Assembly (NCBI GenBank): GCA_002688505.1
Contig: CP024013.1
Span: 180,001-212,000, forward strand
Direction of reading: 5' to 3'
DNA from: Candidatus Saccharimonadota bacterium
GTDB taxonomy: Bacteria; Pseudomonadota; Gammaproteobacteria; Enterobacterales; Enterobacteriaceae
Length of the DNA stretch: 32,000 nt
The notes below the pieces were generated by a model that ran no database searches, was not told where the DNA came from, and saw only the letters and a program-made list of their open reading frames with translations. Position numbers and translations under genes: made by a program. Position 1 is the stretch's first letter. Every line of letters starts with the position of its first letter. Below, one piece after another: positions 10,811 through 21,572 of this stretch.

Positions 10811-11560
10811 TTAATAGATATTTTTAAAATAATATATATTATATATTTCTTTAAGAATTAATTTAGTAATTTTTTTTTTTTTTTTTTCATTTAAAATATA
10901 TTTTTTAAATAAATTTTTAAATATATAATTTTTTATATTAATTTTTTTAATTATCATTTTGGTATTATATAAATTTTCTTGATATATATTTAAATCTAAA
11001 AAATCATATTTTTGTTTGATATTTTTATTAATAAAATTTTTAATTGAATTAAATTTTTTATCTATAAAATGTTTTTTACTATTTATATTTTTATTGAAAC
11101 CATTAATAATATAGTTAATATTTATTATATCGCTTTTGAAAAAAGTTATAATATTATTAATATAAATTAATGGTGATATTAATCCACATGAATATATATT
11201 TATATCTGTTCTAATTGTATATATTTTATTTTTTGAATAATTTTCTATATATGTATATATACATATATTATTATTATTATATAAATATGATAATAATATA
11301 TTTTTTATTTTATTAATATTTTTATTTTTTTTATTAAATTTTAATTCATTATTTATTTTATATATATTTAATATTTTAGAGTTGGTTATTTTAGATATAT
11401 TTTTTATTAAATTTATTAATTTATTATTATTATATGTATTATTTATATATTTTATATAGTATTTATATATATTTTTAGAACTTACATAATAAATATTATA
11501 TATAGATATATATATATTTTTATTTATATTATAATTTTTATATATAATTTTGTTTTTCAA
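10811..11560 (-). CDS. Hypothetical protein (249 aa, unassigned)
   Basis: An uninterrupted ATG-to-TAA ORF. It fills the gap between dksA and map exactly and runs on the same strand as the upstream pfkA-glnS-dksA genes. Composition is extreme Asn/Ile/Lys/Tyr. I could not place any diagnostic motif with confidence. It contains an A18 run at 10870-10887. Confidence 0.6.
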   Translation of the reverse strand: MKNKIIYKNYNINKNIYISIYNIYYVSSKNIYKYYIKYINNTYNNNKLINLIKNISKITNSKILNIYKINNELKFNKKNKNINKIKNILLSYLYNNNNICIYTYIENYSKNKIYTIRTDINIYSCGLISPLIYINNIITFFKSDIININYIINGFNKNINSKKHFIDKKFNSIKNFINKNIKQKYDFLDLNIYQENLYNTKMIIKKINIKNYIFKNLFKKYILNEKKKKKITKLILKEIYNIYYFKNIY

Positions 11561-11626
11561 ATTATTTACCTTAATTTATAAATTAATAATTAATTTATTT
11601 TTAAATTATTTTTTATATTTACTAAT

Positions 11627-12082
11627 TTATATATTAATATTTTTTTTTATTTTTGATATTATTTTACAATTTATGCATAGATTTTCTGTTGGTTTATGTT
11701 CTAATATTTTAATACCTATTTTAATCTTACATTTATCACAATATCCAAATTTTCCTTTATTTATTTTTTTTATTGTGTTTATAATTTTATATTTTAATTT
11801 TTTTATTTTTTTATTATTATTTTTTTTATTATAAATTTTTTTTTCTTTTATTAATTTATTTATTGAATTTGGAAAATTAATTACATTTTTATCTTTATTT
11901 TTTTTATTATTTATATTTTTTATATTTAAAATAATTTTATTATATAATATAAAAATTATTTTTTTAAAATGTTTTATTTGTTTGTTATTCATATATTTTT
12001 CATTATTTTTTTTTTTATATGGTTTTATATTTATCAATTTTAGTATATTTAATGTTTTATTTTGTTTTTGTTTAATTTTCAT
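11627..12082 (-). CDS. dksA: RNA polymerase-binding transcription factor DksA (C4 zinc finger retained; tip Asp residues replaced)
   Basis: A 151-aa ORF, the same length as E. coli DksA. PYKKKNNEKYMNNKQIKHFKKII parallels PYQEKPGEEYMNEAQLAHFRRIL. The zinc finger GYCDKCKIKIGIKILEHKPTENLCINCK parallels [28 protein letters not shown]. The tip segment reads NFPNSINKL where E. coli has NFPDPVDRA. Confidence 0.92.
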   Translation of the reverse strand: MKIKQKQNKTLNILKLINIKPYKKKNNEKYMNNKQIKHFKKIIFILYNKIILNIKNINNKKNKDKNVINFPNSINKLIKEKKIYNKKNNNKKIKKLKYKIINTIKKINKGKFGYCDKCKIKIGIKILEHKPTENLCINCKIISKIKKNINI

Positions 12083-12091
12083 ATTAATAAT

Positions 12092-13687
12092 TTATTTTCT
12101 TAATTTAACTATTTCGTTAAATATTATATTATTTTTATATAAATTTTTATCTAGTTTAAAATATCCTATTCTTTCAAATTGAAATATTCTATTATCATTT
12201 ATAATATTTTTTTCTACATATCCTTTTTTTATTATTATAGAATTATAATTTATTATATTAAAAATATTTTTAATTATATTAGGATTTTTAACATTAAATA
12301 AATTATCAAATAATCTAAATCTAGTTTTTTTACAATTTTTTTTTGATATTCAATGAATTATTTTAATATTATTTTTTTTAATATATTTTTTATTATATTT
12401 ATAATATTTGCATTTTATATATTTATTTTGATATTTTATTTTTTTTTTAAATTTTATGATTCCTGCATATCTTAATTTTATATATATTTTGTTTTTACTT
12501 TCTTTTATTTTTTTTTTTATATTTTTAAAATCGTTTTTTTCTATATAAATATGTGGATAAAGATATATTTTTCTTTTTCCTAATTTAGGATTTATAGGAT
12601 TTTTAAATATATTAAATGATATTTTTGTTTTAATATTTTTTAATATAATTTTAATTGGATTTAATATAGACATTCTTCTTTCTGATTTTTTATTTAAATA
12701 TTTTCTTAAATTATCTTCTAAAATTGATATATCTAATATGTTTTCTTGTTTACTTATTCCTAAATTTTTACAAAAATTTATTAATATTTTAGGAATGTAT
12801 CCTCTGTTTTTTAATCCTGATATTGTTAATAATCTATAATCATTTCATCCTTTAATAATTTTTTTTTTAATTAAAATATTTATTTTTCTTTTGGAAGTTA
12901 AGTTAAATGTTATATTTAATTTAGAATATTCATATTGTTTAGGTATATGATTAACATTAATATTTTTTATTATTCATTTATATAAAGGTCTATTATTTTG
13001 AAATTCAAGAGTACAAATTGAGTGAGATATTTTTTCTATAGAATCAGCTATACAATGAGCAAAATCATAAGTAGGATATATACATCATTTTTTTTTTGTT
13101 CTTGGATGTGATTTATATTTTATTCTATATAAAATTGGATCTCTTAATAAAATATTACTAGATTTCATATTTATTTTAGCTCTTAAACATATATTTCCTT
13201 CTTTATATAATCCTTTTTTCATTTTTTTAAATAATTTTAAATTTTCTATTATACTTCTATTTCTATATGGACTTTTTATACCATATTCTTTAAAAGAACC
13301 TCTGTTTATTTTTATTAATTTTTTTGATTGTTCATCTATATAAGCTAAATTTTTTTTAATTAAAATTTTTGCATATTTATAATATAAATAAAAATAATTT
13401 GATGAATATTTTGTTTTTCCATTTCATTTTATACCTAATCATTTAATTTCTTTTTTTATTTGTTTAATATATATATTTTTTTCTGTATTTGGATTAGTAT
13501 CATCAAATCTTAAATAAAATTTACCATTGTAATATTTTGCTATACTATAATTTAAATATATAGATTTAATATGACCAATATGTAGAGACCCATTTGGTTC
13601 AGGAGCAAATCTTGTAATTATTTTATTATATTTTTTATTTTTAATATCTTTATTAATGATTTTATAAATAAAATTTTTATTTATCAT
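12092..13687 (-). CDS. glnS: Glutaminyl-tRNA synthetase
   Basis: The N-terminus includes ...[43 protein letters not shown]. It is in frame with track ORF 12350..12673. My hand translation through multiple TGA=Trp codons gives [33 protein letters not shown] and the C-terminal [15 protein letters not shown] at 12092-12094. 531 aa. Confidence 0.95.
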
Positions 13688-13716
13688 AATTATATAATTT
13701 ATATTTTTATATTATA

Positions 13717-14613
13717 TTATATTTTAATTATATTTTTTATATCATAATGTATTATTTTGTTTTTTTTAATTGCTATACATTTTCCTGTTTTATTTTTTTT
13801 AATTAGTTTTATTGCATAATTTCCCATTTTAAATGCTAATATTCTATCAAATGCAGTAGGTTTTCCACTCCTTTGTATATATCCTATAGATGTAAATCTT
13901 GTTTCTATGTTTGTTTTTTTTTGTATTTTTATAGAAAGTTTTTTTATATTAGTTATATTTTCTGTTATTATAATTATTAAATATTTTTTTTTACTTTTTT
14001 TTATTTTTTTAATTAAATTTTTTATATTAAAATTTTTATATGTTATTAGATAACAATTTTCACTTGATATGTAAGAATATAATGCTAAATCACAACATTT
14101 TCTTCCCATAACTTCTAGAATAAGTATTCTTTTATGTGATAATAAAGTATATTTTACATTATCTATATATTTTACAATAGTTTCTAATGCACTTGAAAAA
14201 CCAATAGTATAATCTGTACCAGGAATATCATTATCTATGGTACCAGGTATAGTAATGCAAGGTAATCCCATATTATTTAATTTTAAAGCTCCTTTATAAG
14301 ATCCTTCTCCACCTATTATTATTAAAATATCTATTTTATTTTTTATTTTTTTTATTATTTTTTTTTTAATTTTATATTTTTTAAGTTTTATAAATCTAGA
14401 AGATCCTAATAATGTTCCACTTTTATCAATTATATTATTTATGTCTTTATACTTTAGAGATTTTACTTTATTTTTAAATAAACCTAAATATCCATAAAAA
14501 AATCCATAAATTTTGTAATTATTTTTAAGTGAATTTATTACTATACTTCTAATAGCTGCATTCATTCCTGGACTATCGCCACCACTTGTTAATATACCTA
14601 TTTTTTTGATCAT
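13717..14613 (-). CDS. pfkA: ATP-dependent 6-phosphofructokinase
   Basis: An uninterrupted 298-aa ORF. MIKKIGILTSGGDSPGMNAAIRSIV, IIGGEGSYKGA, PGTIDNDIPGTDYTIGF and EVMGR are classic PfkA motifs. Confidence 0.95.
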   Translation of the reverse strand: MIKKIGILTSGGDSPGMNAAIRSIVINSLKNNYKIYGFFYGYLGLFKNKVKSLKYKDINNIIDKSGTLLGSSRFIKLKKYKIKKKIIKKIKNKIDILIIIGGEGSYKGALKLNNMGLPCITIPGTIDNDIPGTDYTIGFSSALETIVKYIDNVKYTLLSHKRILILEVMGRKCCDLALYSYISSENCYLITYKNFNIKNLIKKIKKSKKKYLIIIITENITNIKKLSIKIQKKTNIETRFTSIGYIQRSGKPTAFDRILAFKMGNYAIKLIKKNKTGKCIAIKKNKIIHYDIKNIIKI

Positions 14614-14817
14614 TTTATTTTTTTTATTTTATTAAAAATTTAATTATTAATTTAATTAGGTATTATTATAATATATAATAATATATAATATAATTAATTT
14701 ATATATTTATTATTTATTTAAATTTTTATTTTTATAAAAATTAAATATTTAAATAAAAAATTTAATTTTATTAATATTATATTATATTTATTAAATTATT
14801 ATTTATTTTAAATTTAA

Positions 14818-15729
14818 ATGTTAATTAAGTTTTTAGGTACTAGTGCTGGATGTCCAACTTTAAAGAGAAATGTTACAAGTATAGCTTTAATAATAAATAA
14901 TCCTAGTTATGAAATATGATTATTTGATTGTGGAGAAGCTACTCAACATCAAATTTTAAAATCTTATATTAAGATAACTAAAATACGTAAAATTTTCATT
15001 ACTCATTTACATGGTGATCATATTTTAGGTTTAATTGGTTTATTAACTACCATATCTATAAATAAATCAAATAATTTATTAGAAATTTATGGTTGTAAAG
15101 GAATTAAAGAATATATAGAATTTTCATTAAAATTTACTAATTCATATATAAATTATCCTATTAAAATATATGAAATTAGTGAAGGTGAAATTTTTAATAA
15201 TGGTATATTAAAAGTAAAATGTTTTTCTTTAAATCATAACATAAAATGTTATGGTTATTATATTAAAGAGTTAGATAAAAAAGGTTCTTTGAATGTTGAT
15301 AAGTTAAAATTAGATGGTATATTACCTGGTCCTGTATATAAAATTATTAAGAATAATAATAGTATTATTTTAAATGGTAAAAAAGTTAATTGTTATAAAT
15401 ATATTAATGGTATTATAAAAGGTAAAAAAATTTTTATATTTGGTGATACTTCACCTATGAAATTATATATTAAAAATTTATTTAAATCAGATTTATTAAT
15501 TCATGAAGCTACTTTACATCATAAATATAAAAATATTGCAAATTTAAGAGGACATTCTACTAATATTCAAGCAGCTTATATAGCTAAAAAATATTGTGTT
15601 AAAAAATTAATAATTACTCATTTAAGTGCTAGATATAATTATAAAGATTTAAGAAATATATTAGATAATTGTATAAAAATTTTTCCAAATACTATTATTG
15701 CTCATGATTTTTATAGTATAAAAATTTAA
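14818..15729 (+). CDS. rnz: Ribonuclease Z / RNase BN (metallo-beta-lactamase fold)
   Basis: ATG at 14818. MLIKFLGTSAGCPTLKRNVTSIAL...WLFDCGEATQHQIL...IFITHLHGDHILGL parallels E. coli Rbn/ElaC ([21 protein letters not shown]...WLFDCGEGTQHQLL...IFISHLHGDHLFGL). It is in frame with track ORF 15289..15729 (..IFGDT..HEATL..RGHSTN..LIITHLSARY). 303 aa. Confidence 0.93.
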
Positions 15730-15840
15730 TTTTATAAATTATTATTTTATATTAAATTTTTATTAAATTAATTATTTTATTTTATAATATTTATATTATA
15801 TATTATAATTAATTATTTATTAATATTAAGTATTAATTTT

Positions 15841-16350
15841 ATGAAAGTTGGTATATTTTTTGGTAGTAGTACAGGTAATACTAAAAATATAGCTTTTTTA
15901 ATATATAAAAAAATTAAGAAATATATTTTTTGTAATATTTTTGATATATCTAAAATAGATTTTAATATAATTAATGATTTTGATATTTTAATATTAGGAT
16001 CATCTACTTGATATTATGGTAAATTACAATATCACTGATATAATTTTTTTTATTATAATAAAAAATTTATAATAAAAAATAAAATTATATGTTTTTTTGG
16101 TTGTGGTGATAAATTAAATTATAAATATACTTTTTGTGATGGTTTATTTTGTTTATATAAAAGATTTAATGTTAATAATATTATTATTGGTTATTGATTT
16201 AATATATATAAATTTAAAAATTCTAAATCTTTATTATTTAAAAAATATTTTTTAGGTTTAATAATAGATGATAATAATAAATATAAAAAGAATATTAAAA
16301 TTATAAATATTTGAGTATCAAATTTATTATTAAAAATATTAAATTATTAA
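15841..16350 (+). CDS. fldA: Flavodoxin (long-chain, FldA-type)
   Basis: ATG at 15841. Motifs are MKVGIFFGSSTGNTKNIA, ILGSSTWYYGKLQYHW (both W are TGA), FFGCGDKLNYKYTFCD and FLGLIIDDNN. TAA at 16348-16350. 169 aa, versus 176 in E. coli. Confidence 0.92.
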
Positions 16351-16409
16351 AATTTTTATTATTTATATATATTTTTATTTATATATTTTATAATATGATT
16401 TATATATTA

Positions 16410-16415
16410 AAGGAG
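16410..16415 (+). promoter_or_regulatory. Shine-Dalgarno-like AAGGAG upstream of pgk
   Basis: AAGGAG at 16410-16415 lies 6 nt upstream of ATG 16422. It is one of very few G-rich hexamers in an intergenic spacer here. It supports ATG 16422 over the upstream in-frame TTG 16311 and ATG 16396. Confidence 0.55.
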
Positions 16416-16421
16416 ATTTAT

Positions 16422-17585
16422 ATGTTATTAAATGTAAAAAATTTAGATATGTATAATAAAAGAGTATTAATTAGATTAGATTTAAATGTTCCTATTAAAA
16501 ATAAAATAATTTTATCTAAAGCCAGAATTATTTCTAGTATTCCAACTATAAAATTAGTTATAAATAAAGGTGCTAAAATAATTTTAACTTCTCATTTAGG
16601 AAGACCTAAAGAAGGTATATTTAATGAAAATTTTTCATTATTACCTATTTGTAAAGAATTAGAAAATATTTTAAATATTCCTATAAAGTTAATTAAAAAT
16701 TATGTATATAAAAGAGATCTAAATTTAGATATTTTATATAAAGATTATAAAATTATAATGTTAGAAAATGTAAGGTTTAATAAAGGTGAGTGTGAAAATA
16801 ATAAATGTTTATCAAAATTTTATTCTAGTTTGTGTGATATTTTTATAATGGATGCTTTTGCTACAGCTCATCGTAAGCATTCTTCAACTTATGGTATTTG
16901 TAAATATTGTAAAATTTCTTGTATAGGTTTATTATTTAAAAAAGAAATAAAATTTTTGTCTAAAATAATTTCTAATCCTAAAAGGCCTATGGTATCTATA
17001 GTAGGTGGTTGTAAAATATCAACTAAATTTAATATTTTAAATTCTTTAGCTAAAATTTCTGATTATTTAATTGTTGGTGGTGGTATTTCTAATACATTTA
17101 TAGCTATTAATCATAATGTAGGTAAATCTTTATATGAACCAAATTTTATTAGTTTAGCTAAAAATTTAATTAATAAATATAATATTCCATTACCTTTAGA
17201 TTGTAGAGTAGGTAAAAATTTTTCAGAATTGTCTAAATCTTATGTTAAAAAATTAAATGATATATCTTATAATGATGAAATAATGGATTTAGGTGATTTA
17301 ACTATTAATTATTATTGTAATATTATATTAAAAGCAAAAACTATATTATGAAATGGTCCTGTAGGTGTTTTTGAGTTTCCTAATTTTAGAAAAGGAACTG
17401 AAAAAATTTCTAAGGCTATAATAAAAAGTAATGCTTTTGTGGTTGCTGGAGGTGGTGATACTATATCTGCAATAGAATTATTTAATATAAAAGATAAAAT
17501 TTCTTATATTTCTACTGGTGGTGGTGCTTTTTTAAAATTTATAGAAAAAAAAACTTTACCTATTTTAAGTATTTTAAGTAATTAA
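16422..17585 (+). CDS. pgk: Phosphoglycerate kinase
   Basis: [26 protein letters not shown]...[10 protein letters not shown] matches the Pgk N-terminus. It reads through the TGA at 17349-17351 ([21 protein letters not shown]) to ...[16 protein letters not shown] at 17583-17585. 387 aa, the same as E. coli. Confidence 0.95.
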
Positions 17586-17608
17586 TTTTATATATTTAAA
17601 TTTATATT

Positions 17609-18697
17609 ATGAAAAATTTATTGAATTTTATTAAACCTGGAGTTTTATCAGGTGATAAGTTAAAAAAAATATTTTATTTAATTAAAAAGTATAATATATG
17701 TTTAATAGCTATTAATTGTGTTGATACAAATACTATTAATTCTATATTAGAGTCTGCTAGAATATATAAAACTATTATAATTATACAATTTTCATATTCT
17801 GGTTCATGTTTTTTTATAAAAAGTAATTTTAATAAATTTTCAATGTTGAAATCTTCTATTTTAGGTTCTATATCTGCTGCAAAATATATACATGAAGCTT
17901 CTTTATTTTATAAAGTTCCTGTTATTTTACATACTGATCATTGTACAAAAGATAATTTAAAATGGATAGATGGTTTATTAGAATATAATAGAGATTATTA
18001 TAATTCTTATGGGAAAAATTTATTTACATCTCATATGATTGATTTATCTAATTGTAGTTTAAAAGAAAATTTAGAAATTTCTTGTTATTATTTAAATAAA
18101 TTTTCTAAATTTAATATTACTTTAGAAATTGAACTTGGTTGTACAGGAGGTGAAGAAGATGGTATAGATAATAGTAAAATATCTACTAATAGATTATATA
18201 CTAATCCTAAAGATATTTTATATACATATAATAAATTAATTAAAATTAATAGTAATTTTTTAATAGCTGCTTCTTTTGGAAATACTCATGGAGTTTATAG
18301 ACCAGGTAATGTTATTTTATATCCTAAAATATTATATAATGCTCAAAAATTAATTAAGAAATATAATAATTTTATTAATGAAAAAAATCCTTTAAGTTTT
18401 GTTTTTCATGGAGGTTCAGGTACTGATTTTAAAATAATAAAAGAATCAATAAATTATGGTGTAGTAAAAATTAATTTAGATACTGATATTCAGTGAAATT
18501 ATTGATTAGGTATTTTAAATTATTATAAAAATAATAGATATTATTTACAATCTCAATTAGGTAACCCAAAAGGAAATTATAGTCCTAATAAAAAATTTTA
18601 TGATTCTAGAATTTGAGTAAATAAAGGTCAAATTAATGTAATAAAGTATATATCAAATATTTTAGATATTTTAAAATGTAAAAATTTATTAAATTAA
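17609..18697 (+). CDS. fbaA: Fructose-bisphosphate aldolase, class II
   Basis: MKNLLNFIKPGVLSGDKLKKIF...AINCV parallels E. coli FbaA (MSKIFDFVKPGVITGDDVQKVF...AVNCV). It continues through TGAs (DTDIQWNYWLGILNYYK...LGNPKG...YDSRIWVNKG). TAA at 18695-18697. 362 aa. The pgk-fbaA order matches E. coli. Confidence 0.95.
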
Positions 18698-18755
18698 TAA
18701 TAAATAAATTAATATAAAATATTAATTTATTTTATTTAAAATTTAAAATATAATT

Positions 18756-20099
18756 TTATTTACCTGATATTTGTATATTTTTTACTAAAATTGATCCATT
18801 TCTAATTTTAGAATTTGTATTAATATCATTACTCATATATTTTATATTTTTAAATAATTTTATTAAATTTCCTGATATTGTTATTTCATGTATAGGATAT
18901 TTAATCTTTTTATTTTTTACTAAAAATCCTGAAGCTCCTTTAGAGAAAAATCCATTATTAATATTTATTCCTTGTCCTAATAAATTATTTATTATAATAC
19001 CATTTTTCATAGTTTTAATTAATTTTTTAAAAGTTATATTAATTTTATTTTTAATAAAGCATCAATTATGTATTCCTCCTGAATTAAATGTATTTTTTAT
19101 ATTTAATTTTTTAGATCATTTTGTATTTAATATTCATGTTTTTAAAATACCTTTTTTAATAATTATATATTTTTTTGTATTTAATCCTTCATTATCAAAT
19201 GGTTTTGATCCTACACCTTTATATATAAATGGATTTTCTATTATATTTATTCATTTTGGTAATATTTTTTTATTTAATTTATTTAACATAAATGATGTTT
19301 TATAAAATATATTAGATCCTTTAATAGATTTATATAAATAATAAAATATTTCAGAAGTTATTTCTTTAGTAAAAATTATTTTAGATATTTGTGTTTTAAT
19401 TTTTTTAGGATTTATTTTTTTTATAAGTTCTTTATATGTTTTTTTTGGTATTTTATGTGAATAATTTATTAAATCTGATAGTTTATGTGTATATATATAT
19501 TTAGTATTATATGTCATAATGTTTGATTTATTATAAAATAAATTATTCATTATAATATAATTTTTTGATAAATAATATTTAATTAATTTATAATTATTAG
19601 ATATAAAATTATAATAAGTATATTTTTGAAATATAACACCATCACTTAAAATGTTTTTATTAAAATTTATTGAATTTAATTCAATATTTTTACATAAATT
19701 TATTATATCATTAGTATTAATATGATCATTAAATATTATTCCTAAGTTTTTTTTATATTTTTTATTAAATAATTTTTTAGATGGTAGTTTATTATATTTA
19801 TCTTTAGATATAAAATTTATAGTATTATTTAAGTAATTAATAAATTGTAGTATAGTTTTTTTTTTAAAATTATTACATATAAATTTACATTTTTTTTTAT
19901 TTATATAAATATAAATATATATATATTGATTTTTTTTAATTTCTATATTTTCTATTTTTTGATTTTTTATTTTTATTTCTTTTCCTATTATAAATTTTAT
20001 ATTAATATGTATTTTTGATTTTATATATAATTTTATAAATTTAAAAATTTTAATTATATTTTTTTTATAGTATTTTATAATTTTTTTATTTTTATTCAT
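18756..20099 (-). CDS. pmbA: Metalloprotease PmbA (TldE)
   Basis: Track ORFs 19251..20099 and 18756..19010 share one frame and are joined through TGA codons. The join reads ...[14 protein letters not shown]...[30 protein letters not shown].... The C-terminus [40 protein letters not shown] parallels the E. coli PmbA C-terminus. 447 aa, versus 450. Confidence 0.9.
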
Positions 20100-20194
20100 A
20101 TTTTAAAATTAAAATATTTATAATATATAATATATAATTATATTATACGTATATTTTTAATCAATAATTTATTTTATTTATATGGTGAATATAT

Positions 20195-20731
20195 ATGAGT
20201 TTTAATAATATTCCTTGTGGTTTAAATGTACCTGATGATATTTTTGTTATAATAGAAATTTCTTATGGGCATTCTTTAATTAAATATGAAGTTAATAAAA
20301 AATATGATAGTATTTTAGTAGATAGATTTATAAATACACCTGTTTTTTATCCTTTTAATTATGGTTATATTAATAAAACATTATCTAATGATGGAGATCC
20401 TTTAGATGTAGTATTAATATGTAATTATAGTATTATTACAGGTACTGTAATACATAGTCGTCCTATTGGAATATTAAAAATGGTTGATGAATCAGGTAAA
20501 GATGATAAAATTATAGCTATACCTAATTATAATATTTCTAGTGAATATAATGATATTCATGATATTTCTGACATATCTAAATTAATATTAAGAAAAATAT
20601 ATTTTTTTTTTAATAATTATAAATTTTTAAATAAAAATAAATGAGTAGAAGTTGATAATTGATATGGTATTGATAAATCTAAAATTTTAATTAAAAAATC
20701 TTATTTAAATTATAAGAAAAAAAAATTATAA
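20195..20731 (+). CDS. ppa: Inorganic pyrophosphatase
   Basis: Motifs are MSFNNIPCGLNVPDDIFVIIEIS...IKYEVNK...VDRF...FYPFNYGYINKTLSNDGDPLDVVL. It reads through the TGA at 20642-20644 (NKWVEVDNW, cf. GKWVKVEGW). TAA at 20729-20731. 178 aa. Confidence 0.95.
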
Positions 20732-20744
20732 TGTTTAAAATTTT

Positions 20745-20794
20745 ATACCTTCTTAAAATTATTTATAATTTTAAATAAATAAATAAGAAGGTAT
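20745..20794. terminator. Inverted repeat between convergent ppa and ybhL (possible bidirectional terminator hairpin)
   Basis: ATACCTTCTTA (20745-20755) is the perfect reverse complement of TAAGAAGGTAT (20784-20794). The two arms are separated by 28 nt of AT-rich sequence. It is the only G/C-containing palindrome in this 72-nt convergent spacer. T- and A-rich flanks lie on both sides. Confidence 0.4.
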
Positions 20795-20803
20795 ATAAAT
20801 TAA

Positions 20804-21547
20804 TTAATTTTTATTTTCTTTTTCTTCTTTATTCTTATCTAATTTTATTCCTAATATTTTTAATATTAATAAATATATATTTATAAAATCTAAATATAAT
20901 AGTAAAGCTCCTAATATAGAATATTTTTTTAATTGATCATTATGTTTTATAATTATATTATTACCTATTTCTTTTAATTTTTGTGTATCTCATGCAGTTA
21001 ATATAGTAAAAATAATTATACTTATATATGATGTAACTCAAATAATATATGAATTTTTTAATCATATATTTATTATACTTGATATTAATATACCTATTAG
21101 ACACATTAATGATAAATTACCTATTTCAGTTAAATCTTTTTTTGTTGTATAACCTCAAATACTCATTATAGCAAACATTATACTAGTTATAAAAAATGAA
21201 GTACATATTGATGAATATGTATATATTAGAAATATACTTGAAATAGATAATCCAGTTAATATAGAGTATAGAATAAATAATATTATTGCTGTTTTTGCTG
21301 TTAATTTATTTATTGAATTAGATAGTATTAAAACTATCATTAATTGTAAAATAAGTAAAATAAAAATAAAAAATTTATTTAAAAATATTAATTCTAATAT
21401 AAAAGGTATTTTTATAGTGTATCATGATGTAAATGCGGTAATTAAAAGTCCAAAAGACATTCAGGCATATACATTACTTATGTAAGTAATTAATGTATTT
21501 TTATTTGTTTTTTCAAAATAGTTATTATTATAATATTTTTTTTTCAT
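20804..21547 (-). CDS. ybhL: BAX inhibitor-1 / YccA-family inner membrane protein (YbhL-like)
   Basis: ATG at 21547. TLITYISNVYAWMSFGLLITAFTSWY parallels E. coli YbhL LQTYMAQVYGWMTVGLLLTAFVAWY. Later motifs are ...SIWGYTTKKDL..., LTAWDTQKLK and KKYSILGALLLYLDFINIYLLILKILG. It is in frame with track ORF 21155..21340. TAA at 20804-20806. 247 aa. Confidence 0.9.
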
Positions 21548-21572
21548 AATTATATTCCAATAATTAAATATA

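Noticed and set aside
10811-11560. Assigning the 249-aa ORF as TruA (RTD..Y motif) or RecO (YSCGL..LIYINN).
   Set aside because: The matches are 8-12 residues long in a low-complexity protein. The TruA-like motif is about 60 residues out of register with the real TruA. No second family motif supports either call. I left it as hypothetical.
14614-14817. The longest non-coding spacer (204 bp, between divergent pfkA and rnz), with locally repeated AATATATAAT-type strings. I considered a small RNA gene, a tandem repeat or an origin-like element.
   Set aside because: The region is pure low-complexity AT sequence. It has no G/C-bearing stems, no DnaA-box-like 9-mers that I could recognise and no periodic repeat unit. 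It is most simply a divergent promoter region, and TATAAT-like hexamers are too abundant here to call individually.
16311-16421. A 37-codon N-terminal extension of pgk from TTG 16311 (MSIKFIIKNIKLLKF...), as drawn in the ORF track.
   Set aside because: The extension overlaps the fldA 3' end and has no counterpart in Pgk. An AAGGAG sits 6 nt before ATG 16422, and from there the protein aligns residue for residue with E. coli Pgk at the identical length of 387 aa.
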